Origin: Mobula hypostoma
Lineage: Eukaryota
Length of the DNA stretch: 64,000 bases
Assembly: GCF_963921235.1 (NCBI RefSeq)
Contig: NC_086097.1
Location: 191,148,001 to 191,212,000, forward strand
Direction of reading: 5' to 3'
The position numbers and the translations under genes are program-made. The notes beneath the pieces are model-generated. The model had not been told where the DNA came from. It was given only the letters and a program-made list of their open reading frames with translations, and ran no database searches. This document shows positions 38,497-51,315 of this stretch, in pieces; position 1 is the stretch's first letter, and each line of letters starts with the position of its first letter.

Positions 38497-41212
38497 CCAG
38501 CAGAATATGCTCAGACAGAACGTGCGGACAGAGAGGCAGCTAGCTCCGGTAAGAGCCGAGGAGGTGGTCTGTGTGTTTATGTAAACAAATACTGGTGTGT
38601 GAACGCTACAGTAGCTGCTAAACACTGCTCACCACTGGCTGAATTTCTCATTGTGAAATGCCGGCCGTTCTATCTGCCAAGGGAATTCACCATCATGTTT
38701 GTGGCAGCTGTTTACGTAGCTCCCAGTGCCAATTGTAAGGCTAATGCTAATGAAGCACTGGGAGGCCTACATGAAGCCATCAGTGAGCTACTGACTACAC
38801 ATCCTGACAGCTTTGTGGTGATTGCTGGGGACTTTAACCACACCAGCTTAAAGACTGTGTTCCCCAAATTCCGGCAATATGTGGATTTCAAAACCAGGGG
38901 AGACAACACACTGGACTTGGTTTATACCAACACACCACAGGCATACAAAGCAGCCCCCTGCCCCCATCTTGGCCACTCTGACCACATATCTGTCATGTTA
39001 ACACCAGCATATAAACCACTGCTTAAACGTGTGACGGCATAGAAAAGAGAGATAAGGGTCTGGCCAAAAGGAGCAGACTCAGCACTACAAGACTGTTTTT
39101 TTCACACAGACTGGGATATATTCAAAACAGCAGCCTCCTATGATGACCATACAGACATTGAAGAGTATGCGGTGGCAGTAACCAGCTACACAGCCAAATG
39201 CACGGAGGATGTCACTGTGATGAAAACCTTCACCGCACGTGGTTGTAAAAAGCCATGGATGACAACAGAGGTGCGTTCACTACTGAAGGCCCGTGACACA
39301 GCCTACAGATCGGGGGACAGGAGTGCGCTTCGCTCAGCCAGGTCTGCGCTTTCACTAGGGATCAGGAAAGCGAAAAAGGCCTACACGGGCAAAATATATG
39401 GACACTTCTGTGACACAGGTGACACCAGATGGATGTGGCAGGGAATTAAAGCTCTGACAGACTACAAGATCAGGCAGAAAACTGAAGACAGCGACGCCCC
39501 TCTACCAGACAGGCTTAACAATTTATTTGCCCGCTTCAAAGCATCAAACACTACAACAAGGGGGAGAGCCAGTCCCTTTTTACCATCTGACCAGCCGGCT
39601 CCAATCATTGATCCAGAGCAAACACGGAGGACCCTTGCCAGGATCAACCCACAAAAAGCGGGAGGTCCCGACAACATCCCTGGACGTGTGCTCAAGGAAT
39701 GTGCTGATGTATTAGCAGATACCCTGACAGACATTTTCAACATCTCCCTTAGTCAAGCCATTGTCCCCAGATGCTTCAAAACCTCCACAATCATCCCTGT
39801 AGCAAAGAAATCAGTTGTAGCCTGTCTGAATGATTACCGTCCCGTTGCCCTGACCCCCATAGTGATGAAATGTTTTGAACGGCTTGTCAAGCCTCATATC
39901 ACAGCCAGCCTCCCCTCATCACTGGATCTTCTACAGTTTGCTTATCGTCCAAATCGCTCTACCGAGGACACAATATCCACCACACTGCACACAGTTCTCT
40001 CTCACTTGGACAACAAAGACACTTATGCCAGAATCCTGTACATTGATTTCAGTTCAGCATTCAATACCATCATCCCGCAGAGACCAGTGGAGAAACTGTC
40101 GCTGCTTAGCCTTAGCACTGCCATGTGTCACTGGATTCTGGATTTCTTGACAGAGAGACCACAGTCAGTCCATGTTGGCAGGAACATCTCTGACTCCATC
40201 ACACTGAGCACTGGATCCCCACAAGGCTGTGTGCTTAGCCCATTGCTGTTTACACTGCTAACACATGACTGTACAGCCAGATTCAAGGAGAATCTGATAA
40301 TTAAATTTGCAGATGATACACAGTGGTGGGACTCATCAGAAAAAATGATGAAACAATGTACAGGGAGGAGGTCAAACACCTAGAGAGCTGGTGCAGGGGT
40401 AACAACTTGATGCTTAATGTCACCAAAACCAAGGAGATGATCGTTGATTTCAGACGGTCTCAGCCTGAGCACACACCCCTCAGCATCAGCGGCTCCACAG
40501 TGGAGAGAGTGGAAAACATCAAGTTCCTCGGGGTGCAGATCTCGGACAATCTCACTTGGTCCAGGAACACCACTGGGACTGTGAAACGGGCCCAGCAGAG
40601 ATTGCACTTTCTGAGGAAGCTTAAACAAGCATCACTCCCCACTAACATCTTAACTACATTCTACAGAGGCGTGGTTGAGAGTGTGCTGACCTTTTGCATC
40701 ACAACCTGGTACTCCAGCTGCAGTGTTGTCGACAGAAAAGCCTTGCAGAGGGTGGTTAGGGGAGCAGAGAAGGTTATTGTGGTCTCCCTACCTTCTGTTC
40801 AAGACCTCTTTCAGAGTTGATGCCTCCAGAAGACACGGTACATCAATAAAGACCCCTCACACCCTCTCCATGAACTGTTTGTTCTTCTGCCATCAGGCAT
40901 ACGTTACAGGAGCATCAAAACTAAAACCACAAGGTTACTAAACAGCTTCCTCCCACAGGCAGTCAGACTGCTAAATAGCTGCTCTACCTGACTCTGCTTT
41001 GGACACTTTTAACTTGCACTGGACACTTATGACTTGAATTTGACTGACATGTGGCTGTTGTGTTTTACTATTTATTGTTATCTTTATTATTTAGTATTGC
41101 ATTTGTTATGTTGTGATTGCACTGTTCCTAAGAAACGCAGTCTCATTCCGCCCTGCAGAGCTGATGTATGGTTAGAATGGCAACAAAGGTTTTTGAATCT
41201 TGAATCTTGAAT
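38497..41212 (+). mobile_element. Long Rex1/Babar LINE (APE and RT) with a few stops and a frameshift
   Basis: GKSRGGGLCVYVN, CRPFYLPREF, IAGDFN, LGHSDH (APE); [35 protein letters not shown] (RT); (GAATCTT)n tail. Confidence 0.95.
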
Positions 41213-41426
41213 GAGGTGTTAATTCTCCAACCTGAGTTTGACCTCATCGTGGTAGTAGAGCAGGCAATGGACGGACATGTCAGTGTGGGAATCCGAAGTT
41301 GAATTAAAATTGGTAACCACTGCCTTTTGTAACAGAAGGAGGAAAGGATCTCAGTAAAGTGGTCCCCCAATTTGCATCGGATCTCACTGATGTAGAGGAG
41401 CAGCAATAGAAGTACGGAATATAATA

Positions 41427-44061
41427 TATACTCACAACACGCTGAAGGAACTCAGCAGGTCAGGCAACATCCGTGGAAAATATCAGTCGACGTTTGGGGC
41501 TGGAACCCTTCGTCAGGACTGCAGAGGGAAGGGGCAGAGGCCCTATAAGGAAGGTGGGGGGAGGGTGGGAAGGAGAAGGCTGGTAGGTTCCAGGTGAAAA
41601 ACCAGTAAGGGGAAAGATAAAGGGGTGGGGGAGGGGAGGCAGGGAGGGGATAGGCAGGAAAGGTGAAGAAGGAATAGAGGAAAACACAATTGGTAGTAGA
41701 AGGAGGCAGAACCATGAGGGAGGTGGTAGGCAGCTGGGGGAGGGGGTAGAGTGACATAGGGATAGAGGAAGGGAGGAGGAGGGAATTACCGGAAGTTGGA
41801 GAATTCTATGTTCATACCAAGGGGCTGGAGACTACCTAGATGGTACAGGAGGTGTTGCTCCTCCAACCTGAGTTTAGCCTCATCATGGCAGTAAAGGAGG
41901 CCATGTATGGACATATCTGAATGGGAGTGGAAAGCAGAGTTTAAGTGGGTGGCTACTGGGAGATCCTGTCTATTGCGGCTGATGGAGCAGAGGTGCTTGA
42001 CGAAGCGGTCCCCCAATCTGCGTCGGGTTTCACCGATGCAGAGGAGGCCACACCGGGAGCACCGGAAGCAATAGATGACCCCAACAGACTCACAAGTGAA
42101 GTGTTGCCTCGCCTGGAAGGACTGTTTTGGGCCCTGAATGGTGGCAAGAGAGGAGGTGTAGGGACAGGTGTAGCACTTGCGCTTACAGGGATAAGTGCCA
42201 GGTGGGAGATCCGTGGGGAGGGACGTGTGGACCAGGGAGTCACGGAGGGACTGATCCCTGCGGAAAACAGAGAGGGGTGGAGAGGGAAAGATGTGCTTAG
42301 TGGTGGGTTCCTGTTGAAGGTGGTGGAAGTTGCGGAGGATAATGTGCTGGATCCGGAGGCTGGTGGGGTGGTAGGTGAGGACAAGGGGAACTCCGTCCCT
42401 GTTGTGGTGGCGGGAGGATGGGGTGAGAGCCGAAGTGCGGGAAATGGAGGGGATGCGGGTGAGGGCATCATTGATGACGGCAGAAGGGAACCCGCGATCT
42501 TAAAGAAAGAGGACATCTGAGACGTCCTGGAACGGAAAACCTCATCCTCGGAGCAGTGCGGTGGAGACGGAGGAACTGGGAATAGGGTACTGCTCCCCAA
42601 CTTTTCCTTCGGTACATTGACGACTACATTGGTGCTGCTTCCTGCACCCATGCTGAGTTCGTCAATTTCATCGACTTTACTTCTAACTTCCACCCAGCCC
42701 TCAAATTCACTTGGTCTATCTCGGACACTTCTCTCCCCTTTCTCGATCTCCCGGTCTCCATCTCTGGAGACAGACTGTCCACTGACATCTTCTACAAGCC
42801 CACTGACTCTCATAACTACCTCAACTATACCTCTTCCCACCCTGCCACATGCAAAAATCCATTCTCTATTCCCAGTTCCTCCATCTCCACCGCATCTACT
42901 CCGAGGATGAGGTTTTCCGTTCCAGGACGTCTCAAATGTCCTCTTTCTTTAAGGATCGTGGTTTCCCTTCTGCCGTCATCAATGATGCCCTCACCCACAT
43001 CTCCTCCATTTCCCGCAATTTGGCTCTCACCCCATCCTCTCGCCACCACAACAGGGACAGAGTTCCCCTAGTCCTCACCTACCACCCCACCAGCCTCCGG
43101 ATCCAGCACATTATCGTCCGCAACTTCCGCCACCTTCAACAGGACCCCACCACTAAGCACATCTTTCCCTCTCCACCCCTCTCTGCTTTCCACAGGGATC
43201 GATCCCTCCGCGACTCCCTGGTCCACACGTCCCTCCCCACGGATCTCCCACCTGGCATTTATCCCTGTAAGCGCAAGTGCTGCACCTGTTCCTACACCTC
43301 CTCTCTTGCCACCATTTAGGGCCCCAAACAGTCCTTCCAGGTGAGGCAACACTTCACTTGTGAGTCTGTTGGGGTCATCTATTGCATCCAGTGCTCCCGG
43401 TGCGGCCTCCTCTACATCGGTGAAACCCGACGCAGATTGGGGGACCGCTTCATCGAGCACCTCCACTCTGTCCGCAACAACAAACAGGATTTCCCAGTAG
43501 CCACCCACTTCAACTCTGCTTCCCATTCCCATTCAGATATGTCTATACATGGCTTCCTTTACTGCCGTGATGAGGCTAAACTCAGGTTGGAGGAGCAACA
43601 CCTCCTGTACCATCTAGGTAGTCTCCAGCCCCTTGGTATGAACATAGAATTCTCCAACTTCCGGTAATCCCCTCTCCCTCCCTTCACCTATCCCTATGTC
43701 ACTCTGCTCCCTCCCCCAACTGCCTATCACCTCCCTCATGGTTCCGCCTCCTTCTACTACCCATTGTGCTTTCCCCTATTCCTTCTTCACCTTTCCTGCC
43801 TATCACCTCCCTGCTTCCCCTCCCCCACCCCTTTATCTTTCCCCTTACTGGTTTTTCGCCTGGAACCTACCAGCCTTCTCCTTCCCACCCTCCCCCCACC
43901 TTCTTTATAGGGCCTCTGCCTCTTCCCTCTACAGTCCTGACGAAGGGTTCTAGGCCGAAACGTTGACCGATCTTTTCCACGGATGCTGACCAACCTGCTG
44001 AGTTCCTCCAGCGTGTTGTGAGTGTTGCTTTGACCCCAGCATCTGCAGATTATTTTGTGTT
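41427..44061. mobile_element. Penelope-like element with large inverted duplication (minus arm ~41430-42586; plus copy 42587-44061)
   Basis: The plus copy has the RT C-half (FLRYIDD, LPFLDL, YKPTDS) and a GIY-YIG EN; the left arm is the reverse complement of ~42862-44030. 14-bp TSD TACGGAATATAATA (41413-41426) / TATGGAATATAATA (44062-44075). Confidence 0.93.
43933..43968 (+). ncRNA. Hammerhead ribozyme motif, partly decayed
   Basis: GTC-CTGACGA-...-GAAA-C-GTT-GAC: cores intact but stem II mismatched. The mirror copy at ~41485-41521 has GAAA changed to CAAA. Confidence 0.5.
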
Positions 44062-45028
44062 TATGGAATATAATAGATGACTTTGACAGACTCATAGGTG
44101 AAGTGTTACCTCACCTGAGAGGACTATTTAGAGCCACGACTGGTGTTGCGTGAGGAGGTGTAGAGGCAGATGTAGCTCTTGTTGTGATGCAGAGATAAGT
44201 GCCAGGAGGGAGATCAGTGGAGAAGGATGAACGGCCAAGGGAAACATTTGGCGTGAGGAAAGAGGAGAGGGTGAGGGGAAGAGAAAGATGTGATTAGTGG
44301 TAGGATCTTGTTGAAAATGGTGGAAGTTGTGGAGAATATTGTACTGGATACAGATGTTGATGGGATAACCGATAAGGACAAGAAGAATCCCATCCCTGTT
44401 ATGATGATGGGAAGATGGGGTCAATATCATAATCAGAATCAGGCTTAATATCACTGGTATATGTTATAAAATTTGTTTCCTTTGTGACAGCTGTGCAATG
44501 CAATACATGATAATAGAAAAAAATATGAATTACAGTGTGTAATATATATATATATAACAGTTAAATTAAATAAGTAGGACAGATTTGTAGGAAATGGAGG
44601 AGATACGGATGAGGATAGCATTGACGGTGGTGAATGGGAGACCCTGTTCATTATTTCTGAATTACAGTATCTGCAAATTTTGCTTTTCTATATTTTATTA
44701 GTGCTGCTCTTGCCACATATTTTATCCTCTCTTTTTCAGTAATCCACACCCATAACAACAGTAACATCACCCTTTTCCCTTCCTCTACCTCCAAACTCTG
44801 CACCCTTTAAATTTGTGGCCAAACCTTAATGCCCAACTGAGACGCTAGTCCAAACCCTGGATTCCATAATGGTGCTGTGTGTGAAATGTTGCAATATACA
44901 GTATGTAAATATTGTGGGTTCCTAGTCTCCATGAAGTAACATACAGAGTCTGCAGAGCTCTCAACACATATCTGGTTTAACTGAAGTTCTTTCTTAGATA
45001 TCACAAAAGTGTGTAACAATATATATAT

Positions 45029-45192
45029 GCAAACAACAGGAATTCTGGAGATGCTGGAAATGCAAGCAACACACATCAAAGTTGCTGGTGAACGCAGCAG
45101 GCCAGGCAGCATCTCTAGGAAGAGGTACAGTCGACGTTTCAGGCCGAGACCCTTCTGTCCTGACGAAGGGTCTCAGCCTGAAACGTCGACTG
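45029..45192. mobile_element. 164-bp Penelope mini-insertion with terminal hairpin and intact hammerhead motif
   Basis: Perfect 14-bp TSD AACAATATATATAT (45015-45028, 45193-45206); inverted arms 45128-45155 and 45165-45192. Confidence 0.88.
45157..45190 (+). ncRNA. Minimal hammerhead ribozyme motif
   Basis: GTC-CTGACGA-AGG gtctcag CCT-GAAA-C-GTC-GAC. Confidence 0.65.
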
Positions 45193-45879
45193 AACAATAT
45201 ATATATCCCGCAGTTATGCCACACTTCAGGTATCATTCAGTTATTCCAACAACTTGGACCCTAGGACCTCATGAGTTTTGCTGTACCTTGGCAAATCACC
45301 TCTGGCATCTGAGAAATTCAAGGCTGCTTAGTTTTGTCTGGCAATTTTTGGAACAAATCATTGGAGGAAGTACAGTTGGTGTTGCTCCCTCATTAAATGC
45401 ACTCTTGAATTTAAAAGACATGGATTAAGAAAACTATTTCATTTATTAACCCTTGTCAACATTTGGAAACAGTTGCCTGACACTTTTCTCAAGTGACCTT
45501 AGAGATAAGCAAATTCATAGACAGATTATGTGAATACTACACATAATTAGTTAATTAGAATTTCTCAAAGAATCAACCACAATAAATTTTCTATTTTTTT
45601 CTCAAGATGGCAAGGCCAACTTTTTCGGTCCATCCCTCATTTCCATTGAGAAGAGAATGGGGAGCCAGCTTCCTGAACCAGTACAGCCCTTCTGGTGAAG
45701 GAAGGTACCACAACAATGCTGTTGGATGGAAAGTCATGTGGTTTAGACCCACAACAATGAAGGCACAATCATCCATTGGCAAGGCTGAATAGTATGTAAC
45801 TTGGAAAGGAAACTGTTGGTGCTGATGTTTCATGCATCTGCTGTTCTTTCCTTTCTTGGTATAGAGTGAACACAATCAA

Positions 45880-47150
45880 AATTAAAAATACAAAGTAAAT
45901 TTATTGTGAAAGTACATACAAACTTTGTATATGTCACCGTATACAACCCTGAGATTCATTTTCATGCAGGCATACTCAATAAATCCATAATAGAATAATA
46001 ACCATAATTGCATCAATGAAAGACTGCACCAACTTGTGTGATGAACCAGTGTGCAAAAGACACAAACTGTGCAACTACATAAAGGGAGAAATAATAATAA
46101 ATAAATAAACAATAAATATCGAGAACCATGAGATGAAAAGACTCTGATATTGAGTCCATTGGTTGTGGGAACAGTTCAGTGTTGGGGTGAGTGAAGTTAA
46201 GTAAGGTTATCCCCTTTGGCTCAAGAGCCTGTTAGTTGAGGGTTAATAACTGCTCGTGAGGCTGGTGGTGTAAGTCTTGAAGCTCCTGTACCTTCTTCTG
46301 AATGGCAGCAGTGAAAAGAGAGCATTTCCTGATGATGGATGCTGCCTTACTATGACAATGTTTTGTGTAAATGTACTTAATAGATTAAAGGTGTTTACCT
46401 ATAATGGACTGGGCCATATCCATTACATTTTGTAGGATTTTCTATTCAAGGGCATTGGTGTTTAATGCGAGGCTGGGATGCAGCCTGTCAATGTGCTCTC
46501 CACTATGCATCTATAGAAGTTTATCAAAGTCTTATGTATCATGCCAAATCTTTGCGAATTCCTAAAGAAGTCTAGGTATTACTGTGCTTTCTTTGTAATT
46601 GTACTTACGAGCTAGGCCCAGGACAGGTCCTCGGAAATAATAACACTGAGGAATTTGACCCTTTGATCCTCCAATGAGGATTGGCTCATGAACCTTTGGT
46701 TTCCTCCTCCTAAAGTCAATTTGGTTTCCTCCTCCAAAAGTCAATAATCAGCTCCTTGGTCTTGCTGACATTGAGTAAGAGATTGTTGTTATGGCACCAC
46801 TCAGCCAAATTTTCCATCTCCTTCCTATATTCTGATTTGTCACCATCTTTGATTTGGACTAAGGCAGTGATGTTGTCAGCAAACTTGAGTATCACTTTGG
46901 AGCTGCGCTTTGCCACACAGTCATAAGTATAAAGTAAGTAGAACTTGAGGCTACGCACATAGCCTTGTGGTGCAAGGGAACCATGGAGGAGATGTTGCTG
47001 CCAATCCGATCTGACCGGGGTCTGCAAGTGAGGAAATCAATGAACCAGTTGCACATGGAGGTATTGAGACCAATGTCTTGAAGTTTATTAATTAGTTTTG
47101 AGGATATGATGGATTTGAATGCAGAGTTGTAGTTGATGTACTGAGCTGAA
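45880..47150 (-). mobile_element. Decayed Rex1/Babar LINE 3' half
   Basis: LYTYDCVAK, LKFADN, LNVSKTKELIIDF; AATAAATTTACTTTG tail. Confidence 0.85.
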
Positions 47151-47309
47151 GACAACGATAGTGATGTCATTGAATGTCATGGATAAGTGGTTAAATTCTC
47201 CTTTGCTAGAGGTTGTAAATGCTAAGCACTTCTGTGGCAACTTATCAGATTAATCCTGAATTCTCTCTTGTTTATTGTTGCATACAGACATTGGTTGTTT
47301 CAGTGTCAG

Positions 47310-47665
47310 AAGAGGCTGCAGACTCAGCCAGCTCCACTAGGGGGCATAACCATTGAGGACATCTTCTAAAATCTGTGCCTCAAGAAGGTGGTATCCATCA
47401 TTAAAGACTCACACCATCCAGGACATGCAGGAACCGGAAGACCCACATTTAATGTTATTAGGAGCAGGTTCTTCCCCTCTGCCTTAGATTTCTAAATGGT
47501 CCATGAACCTATAAACAGTACATCCCACTTTTTGTCTTTTGCTCCATCTATCTATCTATCTGTGGATTGTAACTTATAGTAGTTTTCATGTCTTCCACTA
47601 TTCTGTTGCCACAACACAACAGATTTTGCAACATATGTCAGTGAATATAAACTAGATTCTGATTT
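47310..47665 (+). mobile_element. Rex1/Babar 3' end fragment
   Basis: CLKKVVSIIKDSHHPGH-type text; GATTCTGATT tail. Confidence 0.7.
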
Positions 47666-48388
47666 TCCTTCTGAAAACGTATCCTTGGTTAAAGGTTGGA
47701 CCAAAGCTATAATGAGGTCAGAAGAGGAAAACTCATGATGAAACTTATAGTTGGCATTGGTAAGCGAGTTATTGGAGAATGGATGTCATCATATATTTTT
47801 AGACACATCTGTCGCTTTGCAAATGACTTAATATTAAAGTACTGGGCTGTAATTAGTTGGATTGGATATGTCCTTCTTTATAATTAACAGGACATGCTTG
47901 GGCAATTTTCCACATTTTTGGTTAGATGCCATTATTGTAAATGTGCTGGAACAGCTTGGCTGAAGGTGCAGCTAATTCTGCAGCACGGGTCTTCAGTTTA
48001 ATTTCATTTTAAATTTATTAGTTAACTCTTAATATTAGGTTTTTCCTAGTCTTGATGAACGACTAGAAGCCTGAAACATTAACTCAGTTTCTCACTTTGC
48101 AGGTCATTCTTGACCTGCTGAGTATCTCCAGCACTTTCTGTTGTCTTGTCAGTGTTGATACATCTGTGAATTGGCAATAAATACAATGTGCGTTCCAGCC
48201 AGAGAAAGTTGTAAAGTTGTGTAAATCTAATACTTGTCATTGATGTGGGATGGTGTAGTAATGGGAACCTGGTTTTGATCTAAAGGAAAATCTGATTCTA
48301 TGGCACACAATTGGGGTCTGATTAAGTTGGATGTCTCTGTTCCCTAACTCTTGGAGAGCAGAGAGTTACGTACTAGTATGTAGAGCAA

Positions 48389-49912
48389 TGTCATGGTCTG
48401 GTCCGTGAAGTCCGCATTCTGGTTCACGATCTGGTCGGTGGACTCAGGACTCCAGGTCTTCCAGCTGTCCCTTGTTTTGGTTGAGTTAATCAGAGGCACC
48501 TGATTCCCATCTTGAGGCTTGGAATATAAGTAGCCTTGGGGTTGAGTGTGAGCTGCTGGTTTGCCTTGTCAAGATTTCCTGGGAGCAACCTGCTGGTGGA
48601 AGGTTAGAGCAGCCACTTGCCATCTTTAGGCTGCGTTAGAGAACTATCGCTTCATGGAGCCTTGCTGTCAGTAGTCGGAGCCGTCTTTGCAGTATGGACT
48701 CGGCCGTTTCCCAGGCCAGCTGAGTGGCCGCCAGCCACTCTGAGCTAGGTAGGGATCCGGCTGTTTCCGTAGCCAGCTGAGGTTCCTGGCCATAACTGCT
48801 ACTTAGAGCAAACTCAATGCAGAGATGGAACCATCTGTCATTCTTCAGTGTTTGTCTCTACTTGTCCTCGGTTCTGTGGGATAAGTCAGGGTGTTCTGCC
48901 ATTGCCCTGTGGGGGGATCTGTCTTGTCTTGTCCTTGCCTCTGCAGGGTAAGTCATGCCGTTCTGCTGTTACCCGACGGAGGAACCTTTCCTACCTTGGT
49001 GTGGGGATGAAGTTGAGTCCCGGCTCTATGTTGATGTACAATTCTCAGTCTGTCTCCGAGCTCCAGCCTCCGAGTTATCAGCTTCTGCAACCTGAAGCCC
49101 CGAGACCCCCGCCTGTCTCCAAGCTCAAGCCCCGAGACCCCAGCCTCCAATCCTGTAGTCATGCCATGTCCTTGCCTGGTTCTGGGGCCCGGGCCTGAGC
49201 CCGAGGCCAGATCCTGGTTCTGGGTCCACACATTGACTTCTCAAACTTCCCCTAATGCCCCACCTCTCCCTTGTACCCCATCCATTATTTATTTATATAC
49301 ACACATTCTTTTTCTCACTCTCCTTTTTCTCCCTCTGTCCCTCTCACTATACCCCTTGCCCATCCTCTGGGTTTTCCCCCCTCCCCCTTTTCTTTCTCCC
49401 TGGGCCTCCTGTCCCATGATCCCCTCGTGTCCCTTTTACTAATCACCTGTCCAGCTCTTGGCTCCATCCCTCCCCCTCCTGTCTTCTCCTATCATTTTGG
49501 ATCTCCCCCTCCCCCTCCCACTTTCAAATCTCATACTAGCTCTTCTTTCAGTTAGCCCTGACGAACGATCTCGGCCCAAAACGTCGACCATACCTCTTCC
49601 TAGATATGCTGCCTAGCCTGCTGTGTTCACCAGCAACTTTGATGTGTGTTGTTTGAATTTCCAGCATCTACAGAATTCCTCGTGTTCGGGGTCCTTGTCC
49701 AGTCTGTGGCTTGGAGCCCAATCCCAGGCTCCAAGTTCATAGTTTCTTGTCCGGTTTCCCCATCTAGTCCACCTCCTAGCCCAAGTCTGCATTCTTGTCC
49801 CTGCTCCTGGTCTGAATCCTGTCATGTCCCTACTCTAGTCAAGTCCTGTTCCTTGTACTTCAGTGTCTGTGTCTTGCATTTGAGTCCGCTACCAGCGCTC
49901 CCTCTTGTGACA
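48389..49912 (+). mobile_element. Solo LTR (family A, copy 2) containing a Penelope fragment
   Basis: TGTCATGGTC...TGTGACA; both ends homologous to 8318-9281. Confidence 0.8.
49228..49683 (+). mobile_element. Penelope pLTR/3' UTR fragment
   Basis: Reverse-complement homologue of 12220-12640; 11-bp TSD with 1 mismatch (GTTCTGGGTCC/GTTCGGGGTCC); decayed hammerhead at ~49553-49590. Confidence 0.85.
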
Positions 49913-51042
49913 GGCGAGGGGGCTAGAACTGGAGCTCTGATTGATTATGGGATGAGAGGGGTGTTGGGGATAACACAACGTGGAAGCTCGTCTTTGATTA
50001 TTGTCCAATGTACCAAAGTGCTATAAGATTCCTTGTTTGGATGAAGCTCACTGAGTAGGCAGTGGAGTTTAGACTTCTGTTCCCATCTCAGCAAAAATTA
50101 TTCAATGACATTTACCTGCTTCCTATTTGAAACGGGCTTTGTTATAAAGCCTCAGAAATCAAGCTGCAGTTAAGTGAAACAAACAAGGCCAGCAAACTTG
50201 GGAGACTCTGACTTTATTGAACTGCTTAAAAATATCACTTCCTGAAGTGGATTGAGTTTTCCCCTTTTCTACTTTGATATACCTCAGAAGTGTGTGATTT
50301 TGAGCTGCCCGGTTCATACCAAATTGTTCCCTTCATTAGTTCCCAACCACTCATGTTATAGTTGCCCCAGTGAGTCTTAACAGTTGCACCTAGCTGAAGG
50401 TGTGTCAGATAATGCAGAATTACTGCTTCAGTTTAGACTTTAATAAAATTTTCATGTTCACATGTAAAATTATAAACTCTGGGAACCTAACAAAATTCAA
50501 AGTAAATGTATTATCAATCTCAAGGTTGTATACCATATCTGCACAACCTCGAGATTCAATTTTTTGGAAGGCACTACACAAAAAAAATACAATAGATCCA
50601 TGTAAAACCACACATAACAAAGACTGACAAACATACAATGTTCAAAGAGGACAAATCATACAAGTAACCAAAAAAAGTAAACAAGTAATACACAGAACAT
50701 GAGCTATAGAGTTCCTGAAAGTGAAGCCGTAGGCTGCATCATTGGTTTGGAGCTCAAGTGAATGAAACTGGTCCAGTGAAGCTGATGGTTGCAGGGCAAC
50801 AACTGTTCTCAAACCTGGCGATTGGGACCAAGACTCCTGCAACTCACGCCCAAAGATAGTAGTGAGAAGAGGGGAAGACAGGTCAAATGCAGGGTGGGAC
50901 AGGCTCAGGTGGGGGATGTTGGCTGGCACAGAGCAGTGGGGCTAAACACCAGTATTTTTTCTGCTGTCAGTCCCTGATATTTTAATTTGGCTTGAAGTCC
51001 ACCTGACTGTCCATTCTGCCTTCTTTTCCAGCGATGACCGAC

Positions 51043-51315
51043 CATGTCAAGAGGACATGGCTTTAAGGTAAGGGGTGGGCAGTTCAAGGGGGATATTAGA
51101 GAAAGGTTTTTTACTCAGATAGTGGTTGGCGCGTGGAATGCACTGCCTGAGTCAGTGGTGGAGGCAGTTACACTAGCGAAGTTTAAGAGACTACTAGACA
51201 GGTATATGGAGGAATTTAAGGTGGGGGGCTTATATGGGAGGCAGGGTTTGAGGGTCGGCACAACATTGTGGGCTGAAAGACCTGTACTGTGCTGTATTAT
51301 TCTATGTTCTATGTT
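51043..51315 (+). mobile_element. CR1 3' fragment (same family as 27197-28263)
   Basis: RGHGFKVRGGQFKGDIR...WNALPESVVEA; TTCTATG tail. Confidence 0.88.

Larger units (their letters stand above)
38040..44650 (-). mobile_element. Old Penelope-like element fragmented by three later insertions
   Basis: Collinear pieces at 38040-38496, 41213-41426, 44062-44424 and ~44575-44650 (pLTR, EN, then FHHFQQDPTTNHIF region). Confidence 0.75.

Noticed and set aside
41945..42840. 191-aa and 295-aa ORFs
   Set aside because: They are antisense or off-frame readings across the inverted Penelope arms.
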